From a virus (Duplodnaviria > Caudoviricetes): a stretch of 60,165 nucleotides of DNA. The notes under the pieces were generated by a model. It did not search any database. It was not told where the DNA came from and worked only from the letters and a program-made list of their open reading frames with translations. Position 1 is the first letter of the stretch; each line of letters opens with the position of its first letter. Shown piece by piece: positions 47,848 through 56,312 of the stretch. Location: positions 1-60,165 of IMG/VR virus record IMGVR_UViG_3300007775_000011. One strand, given 5' to 3'. The position numbers and the translations under genes are program-made.

Positions 47848-47976
47848 ACATAACAAAAAAATAAAGCGGATTGCTAAAACCGTGGCGGATTTAAGTTATT
47901 GGCTGTGGCGCTACATTTCGGTAACGTCCAAGTTTTATACTAGCAATCCGCAACAGCTTATTATAGGTTGTTATCT
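47848..47976 (+). other. attC site (long, VCR-like layout)
   Basis: ACATAAC AAAA AAATAAAGCGGATTGCTA ... CAGCTTATT ATAGGTT GTTATCT. Confidence 0.75.
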
Positions 47977-48147
47977 TTCCCGTTCACGCATGGCATCCAA
48001 GGCCATGTTTATTAAGCGGGAAATTCCTTTACCTTTTTGCGCCCTGATCCACCTGTTATTAATCCGGCTTATCCTTGCGCCTATTCGTACATGGTCGGTT
48101 GTAGGGCCAACCTTTCGGCCAGCCCCTTTTCTTGCACCGCCTCTCAT
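47971..48147 (-). CDS. small DNA-binding protein (RGG motif + ribbon-helix-helix-like; not in ORF track)
   Basis: MRGGARKGAGRK...VRIGARIS...ISRLINMALD, 58 aa; stop in R'. Confidence 0.75.
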   Translation of the reverse strand: MRGGARKGAGRKVGPTTDHVRIGARISRINNRWIRAQKGKGISRLINMALDAMRERER

Positions 48148-48359
48148 ATGTATTTACCTGTTACAGGAGATACAACATACAAACCGCTTTCACTGTGCAA
48201 ATCATCTTTGATGCTACATATCCCTTCAGCCTCCAAAGTCTCAAAGGCAGCAAATAACTGTTTCTGCCCGGTGTGTATATTAAAACATCTCCCGTTATCC
48301 ATAGCCAAAGAGTTACATATCATCCTCACTGCTTCTATTTGCGCTTGTGCCTTTTTCAT
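48144..48359 (-). CDS. cassette ORF, hypothetical
   Basis: GGAGG RBS; first gene after the cassette promoter; ATGA-coupled to the next gene. Confidence 0.7.
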   Translation of the reverse strand: MKKAQAQIEAVRMICNSLAMDNGRCFNIHTGQKQLFAAFETLEAEGICSIKDDLHSESGLYVVSPVTGKYI

Positions 48360-48373
48360 GGTGTATCCTCCGT

Positions 48374-48429
48374 TTGGCTTTATTGCCCTTTGTTAAATAC
48401 AGAATATCATCATTTTTGATTTTTGTCTA
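48374..48429 (-). promoter_or_regulatory. cassette-borne promoter plus conserved leader
   Basis: TAGACA-17 nt-TATTCT with TGn extension; leader AACAAAGGGCAATAAAGCCAA repeated at 60089-60112. Confidence 0.7.
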
Positions 48430-48463
48430 CCTTTTTTCAATAAATAATTAAAATAAAGTAAAA

Positions 48464-48529
48464 AGATAACAAATAAATTAACGACGACAGGAAACCTGCG
48501 GTTTATCAGCCCTCATTATTGCCGTTATA
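48464..48529 (+). other. attC site (right boundary of array A)
   Basis: AGATAAC AAAT AAATTAACGACGACAGG AAA CCTGCGGTTTAT ... GTTATAT. Confidence 0.6.
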
Positions 48530-48606
48530 TTTTTAAGCTATTCCATCAATGTGGGTTATTGTTTCAACCCACCGGACAGGTATATCACCGGCCCATTCCT
48601 TGTCAT

Positions 48607-50055
48607 TCATCGAATAAAATTATTTGAACAAATAGGACAAGTCCAAATATTTTTCTTTTTATTATGGTACATCCATTCATTTCCGCAATTACAAGGATGA
48701 AAATGAACTTCATCTTTTTCATACCAACTTTTTCCAGCTGGAGAAAATTCTGTTTCAGCGTCAAGTGGTACGATTAACCACGGCCATACTTCACGAATAT
48801 CATGGCACATTATTTTATCAGTAACTTTCATTACATGATTTATTTCAGAGGGCTCAAAATCAAAAACAATAGCATCATGAATCTGTCCTAAGATCTTTGT
48901 TTCCCATTTCTCTTCTATAGATATTTTTTGAATATGAATCAAAGACCAAAGAAGACAATGAAAAGCTGATCCCTGTACAGCATAATTGATAGCTTCATTC
49001 CGGGACATTACTCCCTGATATCTAAAACCTGTAAAACTATCAAAATATCCATTTTCTTGATAGGATTCTACATGATCATTTTTCCATTGATTATAAACTG
49101 GATAGCGGTCTTCCCAAAATTTTCTTTCAACTTTTTGTATATGCTTTTCAAATTTTTTATAGGATCGGATACCGTGTTTTGCTAAATGTTTTTTTAATGG
49201 AACCCCATCTGCTGTTTTAAGATTTAACTGTTCTATTCCTACCCAAAGAGCTTGGGCGCAATTAACATAATAATCACCGTAAAATTGAGGAAAGACAAAC
49301 TTATTTTTACCGCAATATCTTGCATCTTTTGTCCACTCATCCATTTCTAATTTATAGCATTCCATTGCCATATCTCGGTGCATATCTCTTTCCGGGTCGG
49401 TAATATCCTCTATCATAGTGGGATCACGATGATAACAAGCGGCAACTTTTACTTCTATGCCGCCATAATCTTTTTCCCCAAATACTCTTTTATCTGTTCT
49501 TGGTAAAAAAGCTTTTCTTACCATACTTTTTACCCAAGGGATTCTAACCGGGATATTTTGGAAATTAATATTAGATGATGATGAACGAAAAGTGACTACA
49601 GTATGTAAATTAAAAAATGGGTAAAGAAAACCATCAACCTGTTCTCTGAGTATTCCTCCAAGATAGGTACCTTGGATTTTTTCCATTTTTCTTCTTTCTA
49701 ATAATAAATTAAGCCATTCCATATTAAGAGCTTGTAAACTTTCTTCATCAGTGGAACCTTGATCACCGCCAGTTTGTTTTTTTGCTTTTAATTTTAAATG
49801 ATCATAAAGAAGTTCGGATAATTGTTCATTGGAATTATATTTGAATTTACTGCCATATAACTCTTTCCATTTCTGTACTTCTTTATACTCACTTAATTTG
49901 ATTTCAGCTTTTTTGATTTTTTTTGTTAATCTTCGATCTTGTAAATGGCAATGATCTAAATCAATTTTCATTCCATTCAACTGGATCTGAGAAAGAGCCA
50001 ATGCCCCTTCATGAAGCAGCTGATATCCTTTGATGTCAACAGGAGTTATTTGCAT
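48607..50055 (-). CDS. polA: family A DNA polymerase, polymerase domain
   Basis: TFRSSS.NINFQNIP, DYGGIE (motif A), R..GK...F..FYG (motif B), NYAVQGSA, QIHD (motif C). Confidence 0.92.
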   Translation of the reverse strand: MQITPVDIKGYQLLHEGALALSQIQLNGMKIDLDHCHLQDRRLTKKIKKAEIKLSEYKEVQKWKELYGSKFKYNSNEQLSELLYDHLKLKAKKQTGGDQGSTDEESLQALNMEWLNLLLERRKMEKIQGTYLGGILREQVDGFLYPFFNLHTVVTFRSSSSNINFQNIPVRIPWVKSMVRKAFLPRTDKRVFGEKDYGGIEVKVAACYHRDPTMIEDITDPERDMHRDMAMECYKLEMDEWTKDARYCGKNKFVFPQFYGDYYVNCAQALWVGIEQLNLKTADGVPLKKHLAKHGIRSYKKFEKHIQKVERKFWEDRYPVYNQWKNDHVESYQENGYFDSFTGFRYQGVMSRNEAINYAVQGSAFHCLLWSLIHIQKISIEEKWETKILGQIHDAIVFDFEPSEINHVMKVTDKIMCHDIREVWPWLIVPLDAETEFSPAGKSWYEKDEVHFHPCNCGNEWMYHNKKKNIWTCPICSNNFIR

Positions 50056-51281
50056 ATATCAATTCCCAATTTTTTACGTTTTTCCCATTGAACTTCAGCC
50101 AACCGATATTCCAATAAAGAATCCAGAGCATTTCTTTTTAGAACATCTTTCATATTAGCTTCATAAATTCTATTAAAAGAATTAGCGTGCTTTTCCGTCC
50201 CTTTTAAAAATTCCCCGGTTGCGTCTTTAAAATCCATTATTCCAAAATTAACAATACTTTGAAATTCAAGATCATTACACCCACGGCGATTATCTAATGT
50301 ATGAGATCCATACATTGTATCCCATAACCAACCTTCTGGGATTATATTCATAATATGTCTAGTCCACATATCTTCAAATTTCATGTGATGGGCTATTTTT
50401 TTAATATTTGGATTTTTAAGAATCCGGCCCCAAATCCTTTCAACATTTATATCATCAAAAGGAAAGGCAAAAGCATTATCCCTATCAGTTGCTATACTTA
50501 AAGTGACAATATGGTGTCCTTTTGCAATAGGACGTAGACCAGTTGTTTCATAATCAAAAGCAATAGGATTTATAAACCCTCTATTTATTTCTTCCAATTT
50601 GGGCAGTATTTGTTTAGGAGATGTTAAAATTTCAATACAACTTTCAGGGTCTTTCCATTCCGGGAAATCATCTTGGTAATGATCAATAGCATTTTTGAGA
50701 TCCATCTCAAATATAGTTTCAATAACCTGATTCCCGTGCGCGGCTTTTTTTACATAAGCTGGGTGGTACATTGGGAATATCCAACATTTATGATCTTGGT
50801 CAGGTATTTGCCAACCCCTCCAAGAATAAATCCCGGTACCCACAGAAACACGATGGCCGAAACAACTATCAATAGCGATATTACCCAATAAAAATATGGC
50901 CTTTGGTTTGTATTTTTTAATGACTTTTAAAATCCGGTTTCGACAAGCTTGGATTTCTTTTGGTTTTGGATTTCTACTATCAGGTGGGTGACAATTAACG
51001 CTATTGATTTTTATACAATCTCTATCTATATCAATCTTGTTTCTTTTTAATAATCTGCGGAGATATAGACCTGGTTTACCAACTAATTGTTTTCCAAGTT
51101 TATCTTCTTTTTCTCCCGGAGCCTCAGCCCAGATTAATATTTCTTTTTTACCTTCTCCGTGAGGTTTCATTTTCGGAGATTTACAAGACCGATATAGACC
51201 GCAGGAGGCGCATCCAATAGTTTTACCGGATGCCCCCCTGTTTATTCCAACAATTTCGTCTTTACTAAAAAAGCCGGACAT
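50046..51281 (-). CDS. family-4 uracil-DNA glycosylase domain fused to a 3'-5' exonuclease domain (N-terminal part of a split SPO1-type polymerase)
   Basis: CASC..C, EAPG..ED, CHPP..R.P, YHPAY; then DYETTGL, HHMKFE, DTM, NALD. Confidence 0.88.
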   Translation of the reverse strand: MSGFFSKDEIVGINRGASGKTIGCASCGLYRSCKSPKMKPHGEGKKEILIWAEAPGEKEDKLGKQLVGKPGLYLRRLLKRNKIDIDRDCIKINSVNCHPPDSRNPKPKEIQACRNRILKVIKKYKPKAIFLLGNIAIDSCFGHRVSVGTGIYSWRGWQIPDQDHKCWIFPMYHPAYVKKAAHGNQVIETIFEMDLKNAIDHYQDDFPEWKDPESCIEILTSPKQILPKLEEINRGFINPIAFDYETTGLRPIAKGHHIVTLSIATDRDNAFAFPFDDINVERIWGRILKNPNIKKIAHHMKFEDMWTRHIMNIIPEGWLWDTMYGSHTLDNRRGCNDLEFQSIVNFGIMDFKDATGEFLKGTEKHANSFNRIYEANMKDVLKRNALDSLLEYRLAEVQWEKRKKLGIDICK

Positions 51282-52315
51282 CAGTTTTCCTTTGCCATAG
51301 CTACAACGTGTTTGAAGTTATCCTTTTCAAATAATATTGATTTATCTCCAATAATCGCAGTACGAAACATTTTAAGAATTTGGATAAAATTTGAAGGGTT
51401 AATTTTAAAAGTACATTCCCCGGCTTTGGATTTCATTTTAAGGGACTTTTTAAACCACCCATTATCCCCTTTCCCTTCCACTGTTAACTTTTTCTTGTTA
51501 ACAGAAACTATCAATGAATTATTATCTGCCATAATAGTTGCATTATTTATAGCAGATATCAAATCTTTGGGAAATTCAATTTCATCTCCATCTACTTTAA
51601 AAAAACTGGAAATATCTGGATATTTCCCATCGTGCGTTCTACAGCTAAAAATGGTGCCTAAGCGGTTTTTAAAATGGGCCCATCCTTCGGTATGGGAAAT
51701 CTTTACAGGCTTATAAGAAGCTAAATGACGAGCTGAGGAAGCTGGTAAAAGATACCCTTCACTATCAGCTCCTGTTTCTGTGTCCCAAATAGTAGCACGG
51801 GAATTATCACAAGATTGAATAAAATCAGGCTTTACATATAAACATGTAAAAATTGGTTGGGAAGCATCGCCGGAAGCAGAGAAAATACAACTGTTTATAG
51901 CGGTAATAAAATTATCAGGATTAGGGATTTTCTTAAACTTTTTGGGTTGTGACATTTCTTCGATAGGCAAACGAATTTCTTGTTCAAGTCTGATCCCGGC
52001 TTCCCCATCCGATTCTGTAGAGATAGTTAATTCAGAATTATCAATTTCCAGTTCAATTTCTTCGCAAGAAAAACTTTTTAAAATACTGAAAAACTCTCTT
52101 GCTTGAACTGCTGCCTTCATATCTAAAGAACCATCCCCAACAAGTGGGTGTTGTATGGCTATTTCATCATTAAAAGTCATAGCCATATCTTCATTAAATA
52201 CAAAACAGGAAGCTTGCTCAACAAGACTATTTTCAGAAGCAATCCCCGGCTGAAGTATTTGTAAAATATCCAATAATTCTTTTCTATTAATTTTCATTGC
52301 TCCTTCTCCTTGCAT
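51281..52315 (-). CDS. dnaN: DNA polymerase sliding clamp (beta-like)
   Basis: KINRKELL, CDNSR, GKYPD; size. Confidence 0.8.
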   Translation of the reverse strand: MQGEGAMKINRKELLDILQILQPGIASENSLVEQASCFVFNEDMAMTFNDEIAIQHPLVGDGSLDMKAAVQAREFFSILKSFSCEEIELEIDNSELTISTESDGEAGIRLEQEIRLPIEEMSQPKKFKKIPNPDNFITAINSCIFSASGDASQPIFTCLYVKPDFIQSCDNSRATIWDTETGADSEGYLLPASSARHLASYKPVKISHTEGWAHFKNRLGTIFSCRTHDGKYPDISSFFKVDGDEIEFPKDLISAINNATIMADNNSLIVSVNKKKLTVEGKGDNGWFKKSLKMKSKAGECTFKINPSNFIQILKMFRTAIIGDKSILFEKDNFKHVVAMAKEN

Positions 52316-52322
52316 TAAATTA

Positions 52323-53144
52323 TTATTCCCAACTATGTATTTTTTTTATTTCAACAGGATTCATTCTTTTTTTGAAAAAATAAAGAGATTCACTATCAAG
52401 ACAACCCCCATCATTAATCAATCTTGGATCATTTTGAATAAATGGAAAGGTATAAAAACAATATTGGACATATTCAGATAGAAAAGGTTCTGGAGCGCAT
52501 ATACAATAACGAAAATTGATATATTTCCAATTGTAATCCCAAATTACAATAGCTTTTAATTCGTTATTGCAGCATAATCCATAACGATTAAACCCCTTAT
52601 CTAAATAAATAGTTAATGTTTCGGGGTCATATATGACTTCTTCGGAGTTTTTATTTTGCAACCATTTTAAAAAAAGTTCATTAATATCATCACTCATTCT
52701 TTTTGTAACATAATTGCAACAAGGATCATTTAAGTTAACCCAAGTATATAATTTTCCTTTCGGCCATTTTTTGATATTTTTTCTAAAGGTTTTCCATTTA
52801 TTCCCTGAAAGATCCAAAAAGTTTCTTTGATCAAAAATAAATTCATAATCAAGAAATTTAGATATAGGGCCACAAACTCTATATACATTTGGCCAATTAG
52901 GAAAATCGGCCCGTACTCCTTTCATTGGCATATAAGGCCATTTTATATCTGTTCGGAGCGGGGGGAATAAATCAAATTTTTTATCATCAAAAGCATGAAT
53001 ACCGCTATGATTTTGTTCTTCAGTAATTCCGGCTTTTTCAAAATATTCACGACTAATGAAAAAGTTAGGATCAATCTTGGTTTTTTTCAGAGTTTCCAGA
53101 TATAATCCCAAGTGTTGTTCCTTCTGGTTGTTTTTTTGTCCCAC
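52323..53144 (-). CDS. DUF2156/GNAT-fold protein
   Basis: DYEFIF....LDLSGNKWKTFRKNIKKW, INDGG....L..FK.RMNP. Confidence 0.6.
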   Translation of the reverse strand: MGQKNNQKEQHLGLYLETLKKTKIDPNFFISREYFEKAGITEEQNHSGIHAFDDKKFDLFPPLRTDIKWPYMPMKGVRADFPNWPNVYRVCGPISKFLDYEFIFDQRNFLDLSGNKWKTFRKNIKKWPKGKLYTWVNLNDPCCNYVTKRMSDDINELFLKWLQNKNSEEVIYDPETLTIYLDKGFNRYGLCCNNELKAIVIWDYNWKYINFRYCICAPEPFLSEYVQYCFYTFPFIQNDPRLINDGGCLDSESLYFFKKRMNPVEIKKIHSWE

Positions 53145-53179
53145 AACTTGATCCCCCCATTTTTATTAAAGCGGTTTCC

Positions 53180-53365
53180 TTAAATATAAACAATTAATTC
53201 TTGTTCCATTTGCTTTAATAAATTTTTTGCTATTCTTTTCCGCTTATTATTTTTGCAATATTCTTCCATTGCGTCTATAATAATTTTAGATTCTTTGGTG
53301 GAAGCAAAAATAATAGAATCCCCCGTTTCTGTTCCTTTTCCATTATATAATAGAGCGATTTTCAT
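53180..53365 (-). CDS. hypothetical protein
   Basis: 61 aa, ATGA-coupled. Confidence 0.55.
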   Translation of the reverse strand: MKIALLYNGKGTETGDSIIFASTKESKIIIDAMEEYCKNNKRKRIAKNLLKQMEQELIVYI

Positions 53366-53589
53366 AATGTTATTTTTTCAAGTTTTATTTTAGAGGGTTT
53401 TCTTGATTGAGGAGTAAAATCTAATTCTTGTATCATTTCGGCTTGTCCCTTACTTAAAAAAGTAAGAGCCTCAGAACGTTGTCCCCAAGTCCATTTACCA
53501 TCTTTAACAGTGAGGAATTTTTTCCAGTTTCTTTTTTTAGATTTAGGTATAGAAACGATTAAGAATATTTCTATTTCCATTTGATTCAT
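53362..53589 (-). CDS. hypothetical protein
   Basis: 75 aa, GGGGG RBS. Confidence 0.55.
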   Translation of the reverse strand: MNQMEIEIFLIVSIPKSKKRNWKKFLTVKDGKWTWGQRSEALTFLSKGQAEMIQELDFTPQSRKPSKIKLEKITL

Positions 53590-53630
53590 CCCCCGGTTTT
53601 GGTTTAATTACTTATTTTCAACTTTTAGGG

Positions 53631-53684
53631 ATTGGAGGGGGAATTGAACCCCCCAACAGCGTCCTACCCTTTCCTAAGCCCAAT
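53631..53684 (-). ncRNA. tRNA-like minihelix (acceptor stem + T arm only)
   Basis: ATTGGG...GGGGG TTCAATT CCCCC TCCAAT. Confidence 0.4.
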
Positions 53685-53876
53685 ACATAAAAACCAAAAA
53701 TAAATAATTAATAAAGGGGTGGGACTAGAATGGGAGAGCCAGCCCCACCCCTTTAAAGTCCTACATAAAGGCGTAATTTTATAAAATATTATAAATTATT
53801 GTTTTAATCTAATCCATAAACAAACCACCTCCTTCTTCCGGGCCAACTATCCGGGATCGGCTACTTGGTTTATTAA

Positions 53877-54125
53877 TTAGTATTTCCTTATTTTATTTTT
53901 GGGATCGAAAGCTTTGGCAAAAAAAGCTTTTAATTCACCATATCCATTACCAAATATTTTATCCCAAAACTGAGAATAATAATATATATTTCCATCATCT
54001 TCCTCCCAAGACAAAATTCCTTTTAAATCTCCATCTTTACAAATTTTAAATTCAATTTTAGAACAGGAGGCATTGTGTTGTTTAAGTGTATTTTTTAAAA
54101 GCTTTTCAATCTTTTTTAAATTCAT
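53877..54125 (-). CDS. hypothetical protein
   Basis: GGGAG RBS before MNLKKIEK. Confidence 0.55.
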   Translation of the reverse strand: MNLKKIEKLLKNTLKQHNASCSKIEFKICKDGDLKGILSWEEDDGNIYYYSQFWDKIFGNGYGELKAFFAKAFDPKNKIRKY

Positions 54126-54309
54126 TTTCTTTCTCCCTTTCTTTTTGTTCTTGGACAAATTTTGTAAAGAAAGATTTTTCAATAGCTTCAAATTCATCAG
54201 AAGTTAAATTAATATTGCGTTTAAAAAATAACCCTTCCCGGTCTTTAAAATCCAATTGAATAGTTCTGCGATCATTTTTATATACTGTAGGAAGTTTAGC
54301 AATAATCAT
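54106..54309 (-). CDS. hypothetical protein
   Basis: 67 aa, abuts the upstream glycosyltransferase. Confidence 0.5.
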   Translation of the reverse strand: MIIAKLPTVYKNDRRTIQLDFKDREGLFFKRNINLTSDEFEAIEKSFFTKFVQEQKEREKENEFKKD

Positions 54310-54310
54310 A

Positions 54311-55456
54311 TTATTTTCTTTTGATAAGTTTCATTCCATATTCATCATTGCTTTTTATTGGGGTAATATCAGGTTTTAAAATTGGTTTATTACGTTTAAA
54401 TTTTGAATAATCAACTTGATGGTGCCAACGATTAAATTTAAAAACTATATCAACAACATCAGGATGTTGTTTTTGGAGACTTTTAGCAAATGATTTTCGA
54501 TAATCATTTGTATTGTATACATTATCTGTATTTCCACCTTTTAAGGCTCCTTTAGTTTTTCCACCGTCAAATGTTTTTCCTTTATTCATTAAAAGGACAT
54601 AGAATAATAAAGTACAATATCCATCTTTTAATAATCTGAGACTGAGATCAGTATCTTCATTATATCTTCCCCGCCATCTATGCGGCAGATCAGTCTTTAA
54701 AAGAATACAAGAATAAATTCTGGAATTGAATAAATAAGGAGGGTGATTGGGAGATCGGTCACGGACGAAACCTTGATCATGTGGTCCGGCCATTACTATA
54801 TTTTCATATCTGTCAACAAAATCTTCCATAGCCCGAAAGAAACCACCCCCGGTCACTTTTAATCTTCGGTTATGATTACACCTTGTAAATGTAGTTATAT
54901 TGTCATCAACAGTCCAATGACGTTTAAATCCTCTTTTTTTACACCATTCCCATATATAATTTCGTGCCGGCACTGATCCTCTTCCAAGATCATGAAAAGG
55001 CATAACAACTACTTTATTTTTTCCAAGGTGTTTTATATATTCTTCAGCTTCGGTTTCTTCAACAAAAAATTTATAAGAAACCCCAAGTTGATCCAGTAGT
55101 TTTCCTGTAGTTTGGACATCGGCCCTTCCTTTACTCGGTATACAAACTGGATATTTAGAATCTTCAGGTGGGCCCGTATATTCAAATTTATTTTTTTCAA
55201 GTGGTTTTTGTCCAGGGTACCACGCAGAATCAGTTCTTTTATTAATTCTAATTCCTAATTTTTCGGCAAATTCTTTTACATCTTCTTCAGTCATAAAATT
55301 CATAACTATTCTGCGTTGTGGAGATGCATCTTTCATAACAAATTCAGGCATTCCCCACCACATATCTTTCCAATGTGGCTCGAATAATCCAAAATCAATA
55401 GATTCTTTTTCACGGGTAGGTCGATTTTCGTTTAATTCTTTTTCAAAATTATCCAT
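54311..55456 (-). CDS. TAGT/GREB1-like GT-A glycosyltransferase
   Basis: WWGMPEF N-terminal domain; YPVCIPSKGR, ARNYIW, WTVDDN, WRGRYNEDTDLSLRLL, GGNT, RWHHQVDY. Confidence 0.8.
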   Translation of the reverse strand: MDNFEKELNENRPTREKESIDFGLFEPHWKDMWWGMPEFVMKDASPQRRIVMNFMTEEDVKEFAEKLGIRINKRTDSAWYPGQKPLEKNKFEYTGPPEDSKYPVCIPSKGRADVQTTGKLLDQLGVSYKFFVEETEAEEYIKHLGKNKVVVMPFHDLGRGSVPARNYIWEWCKKRGFKRHWTVDDNITTFTRCNHNRRLKVTGGGFFRAMEDFVDRYENIVMAGPHDQGFVRDRSPNHPPYLFNSRIYSCILLKTDLPHRWRGRYNEDTDLSLRLLKDGYCTLLFYVLLMNKGKTFDGGKTKGALKGGNTDNVYNTNDYRKSFAKSLQKQHPDVVDIVFKFNRWHHQVDYSKFKRNKPILKPDITPIKSNDEYGMKLIKRK

Positions 55457-55468
55457 ATTAATACCTGT

Positions 55469-55536
55469 TTTAATTATTTTTATTTTTTAAATAAACAACT
55501 TGTTTCGACTCTATTTAAAAAATAAAAATAATTAAA
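55469..55536. repeat. perfect 25-bp A/T-only inverted repeat, 18-nt spacer
   Basis: TTTAATTATTTTTATTTTTTAAATA / TATTTAAAAAATAAAAATAATTAAA. Confidence 0.85.
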
Positions 55537-55548
55537 GGGGCGAGTACT

Positions 55549-55587
55549 AAAAAGTTTTAAATCCCTCTTAAATTTAAAAACAAGGGG
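55549..55587 (-). repeat. conserved intergenic motif, copy 4
   Basis: reverse complement CCCCTTGTTTTTAAATTTAAGAGGGATTTAAAACTTTTT, preceded by a GGGGATATA/TATATCCCC hairpin. Confidence 0.85.
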
Positions 55588-55630
55588 GATATACCGTTTG
55601 ATATATCCCCCATTTCGATCCGGGTATATA

Positions 55631-56179
55631 TTATTTCCCGGATGCCTGTTTTCTCAGAACGGCATAGATGGCGTTGCCGATAACACGGTATGACTTTTCA
55701 GGGAATTTTTCCTTAACTTCAAGAACAACATCATCTTCGTGTCTGTCCCCAAGACCGTCTTTCAGGGTTTCCTGCAGAAAAGTTGCCATCCCTTCTTTCT
55801 TTTTGCCGGCACCTTTCTTTTTGGAACCGGATTTTTTAGCCTTGCTCTTATCTTTCGGAGCGGCCTTTTTTTCTTCTTCCTCTTTGGCCCCTTCTTCATT
55901 GACCTTGGGACCAATTTCAAGTTCTTCAAAAAGAGCCCAGGTTTCATCGGTCAGCGGATCACTTTCAGCAACATCAGCGTCTGCGATTTCGATAATTTCC
56001 GCTTTCAGTTCTTCGATGTCGGAATCGGTATCAAGAGGTGGTTCAAGACCGATAACATCATTCAGATCTTCGGCGGCGGCGATCAGGCGTTTATCCATAC
56101 TGGGGCCTTTTTTCTTGGCCGGGGCTTTTTTCTTGCCGGTGGTATTTTTCGTTGTTTTTCCTGTTGCTTTCTTTGCCAT
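55631..56179 (-). CDS. Lys-rich/acidic hypothetical protein (histone H1-like tracts)
   Basis: MAKKATGKTTK..KKAPAKKK; AAGGAG RBS; own promoter. Confidence 0.75.
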   Translation of the reverse strand: MAKKATGKTTKNTTGKKKAPAKKKGPSMDKRLIAAAEDLNDVIGLEPPLDTDSDIEELKAEIIEIADADVAESDPLTDETWALFEELEIGPKVNEEGAKEEEEKKAAPKDKSKAKKSGSKKKGAGKKKEGMATFLQETLKDGLGDRHEDDVVLEVKEKFPEKSYRVIGNAIYAVLRKQASGK

Positions 56180-56245
56180 GGTAATTCTCCTTTGTTTTGG
56201 TTTGTTTATGGCTTTTGGTTAAGTACTGTATTGATCTTGTAAAAC

Positions 56246-56274
56246 ATCATATTCTATTTTTAACACTAAGTAAA
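56246..56274 (-). promoter_or_regulatory. sigma70-type promoter
   Basis: TTTACT-17 nt-TATGAT with a T-rich UP tract, same design as 4650-4678. Confidence 0.65.
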
Positions 56275-56312
56275 GAAAAAAAAGAGATAAAAAAGAAAAA
56301 AATTAATTTTTA

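Larger units (their letters stand above)
45759..48529 (+). mobile_element. attC cassette array A (CALIN-like, no integrase)
   Basis: about 10 full or partial attC-like hairpins with AAC...GTT ends delimiting small inverted cassettes; visibly more GC-rich than the flanks. Confidence 0.8.

Noticed and set aside
47628-48396. + strand ORFs within the cassette arrays as canonical cassette genes
   Set aside because: They lack RBSs, cross attC boundaries and overlap better-supported - strand genes or the tRNA-like element.
50046-50090. Frameshift or intron joining the two polymerase ORFs
   Set aside because: The polymerase frame has TAA and TGA just upstream of its ATG, and there is no intervening sequence.
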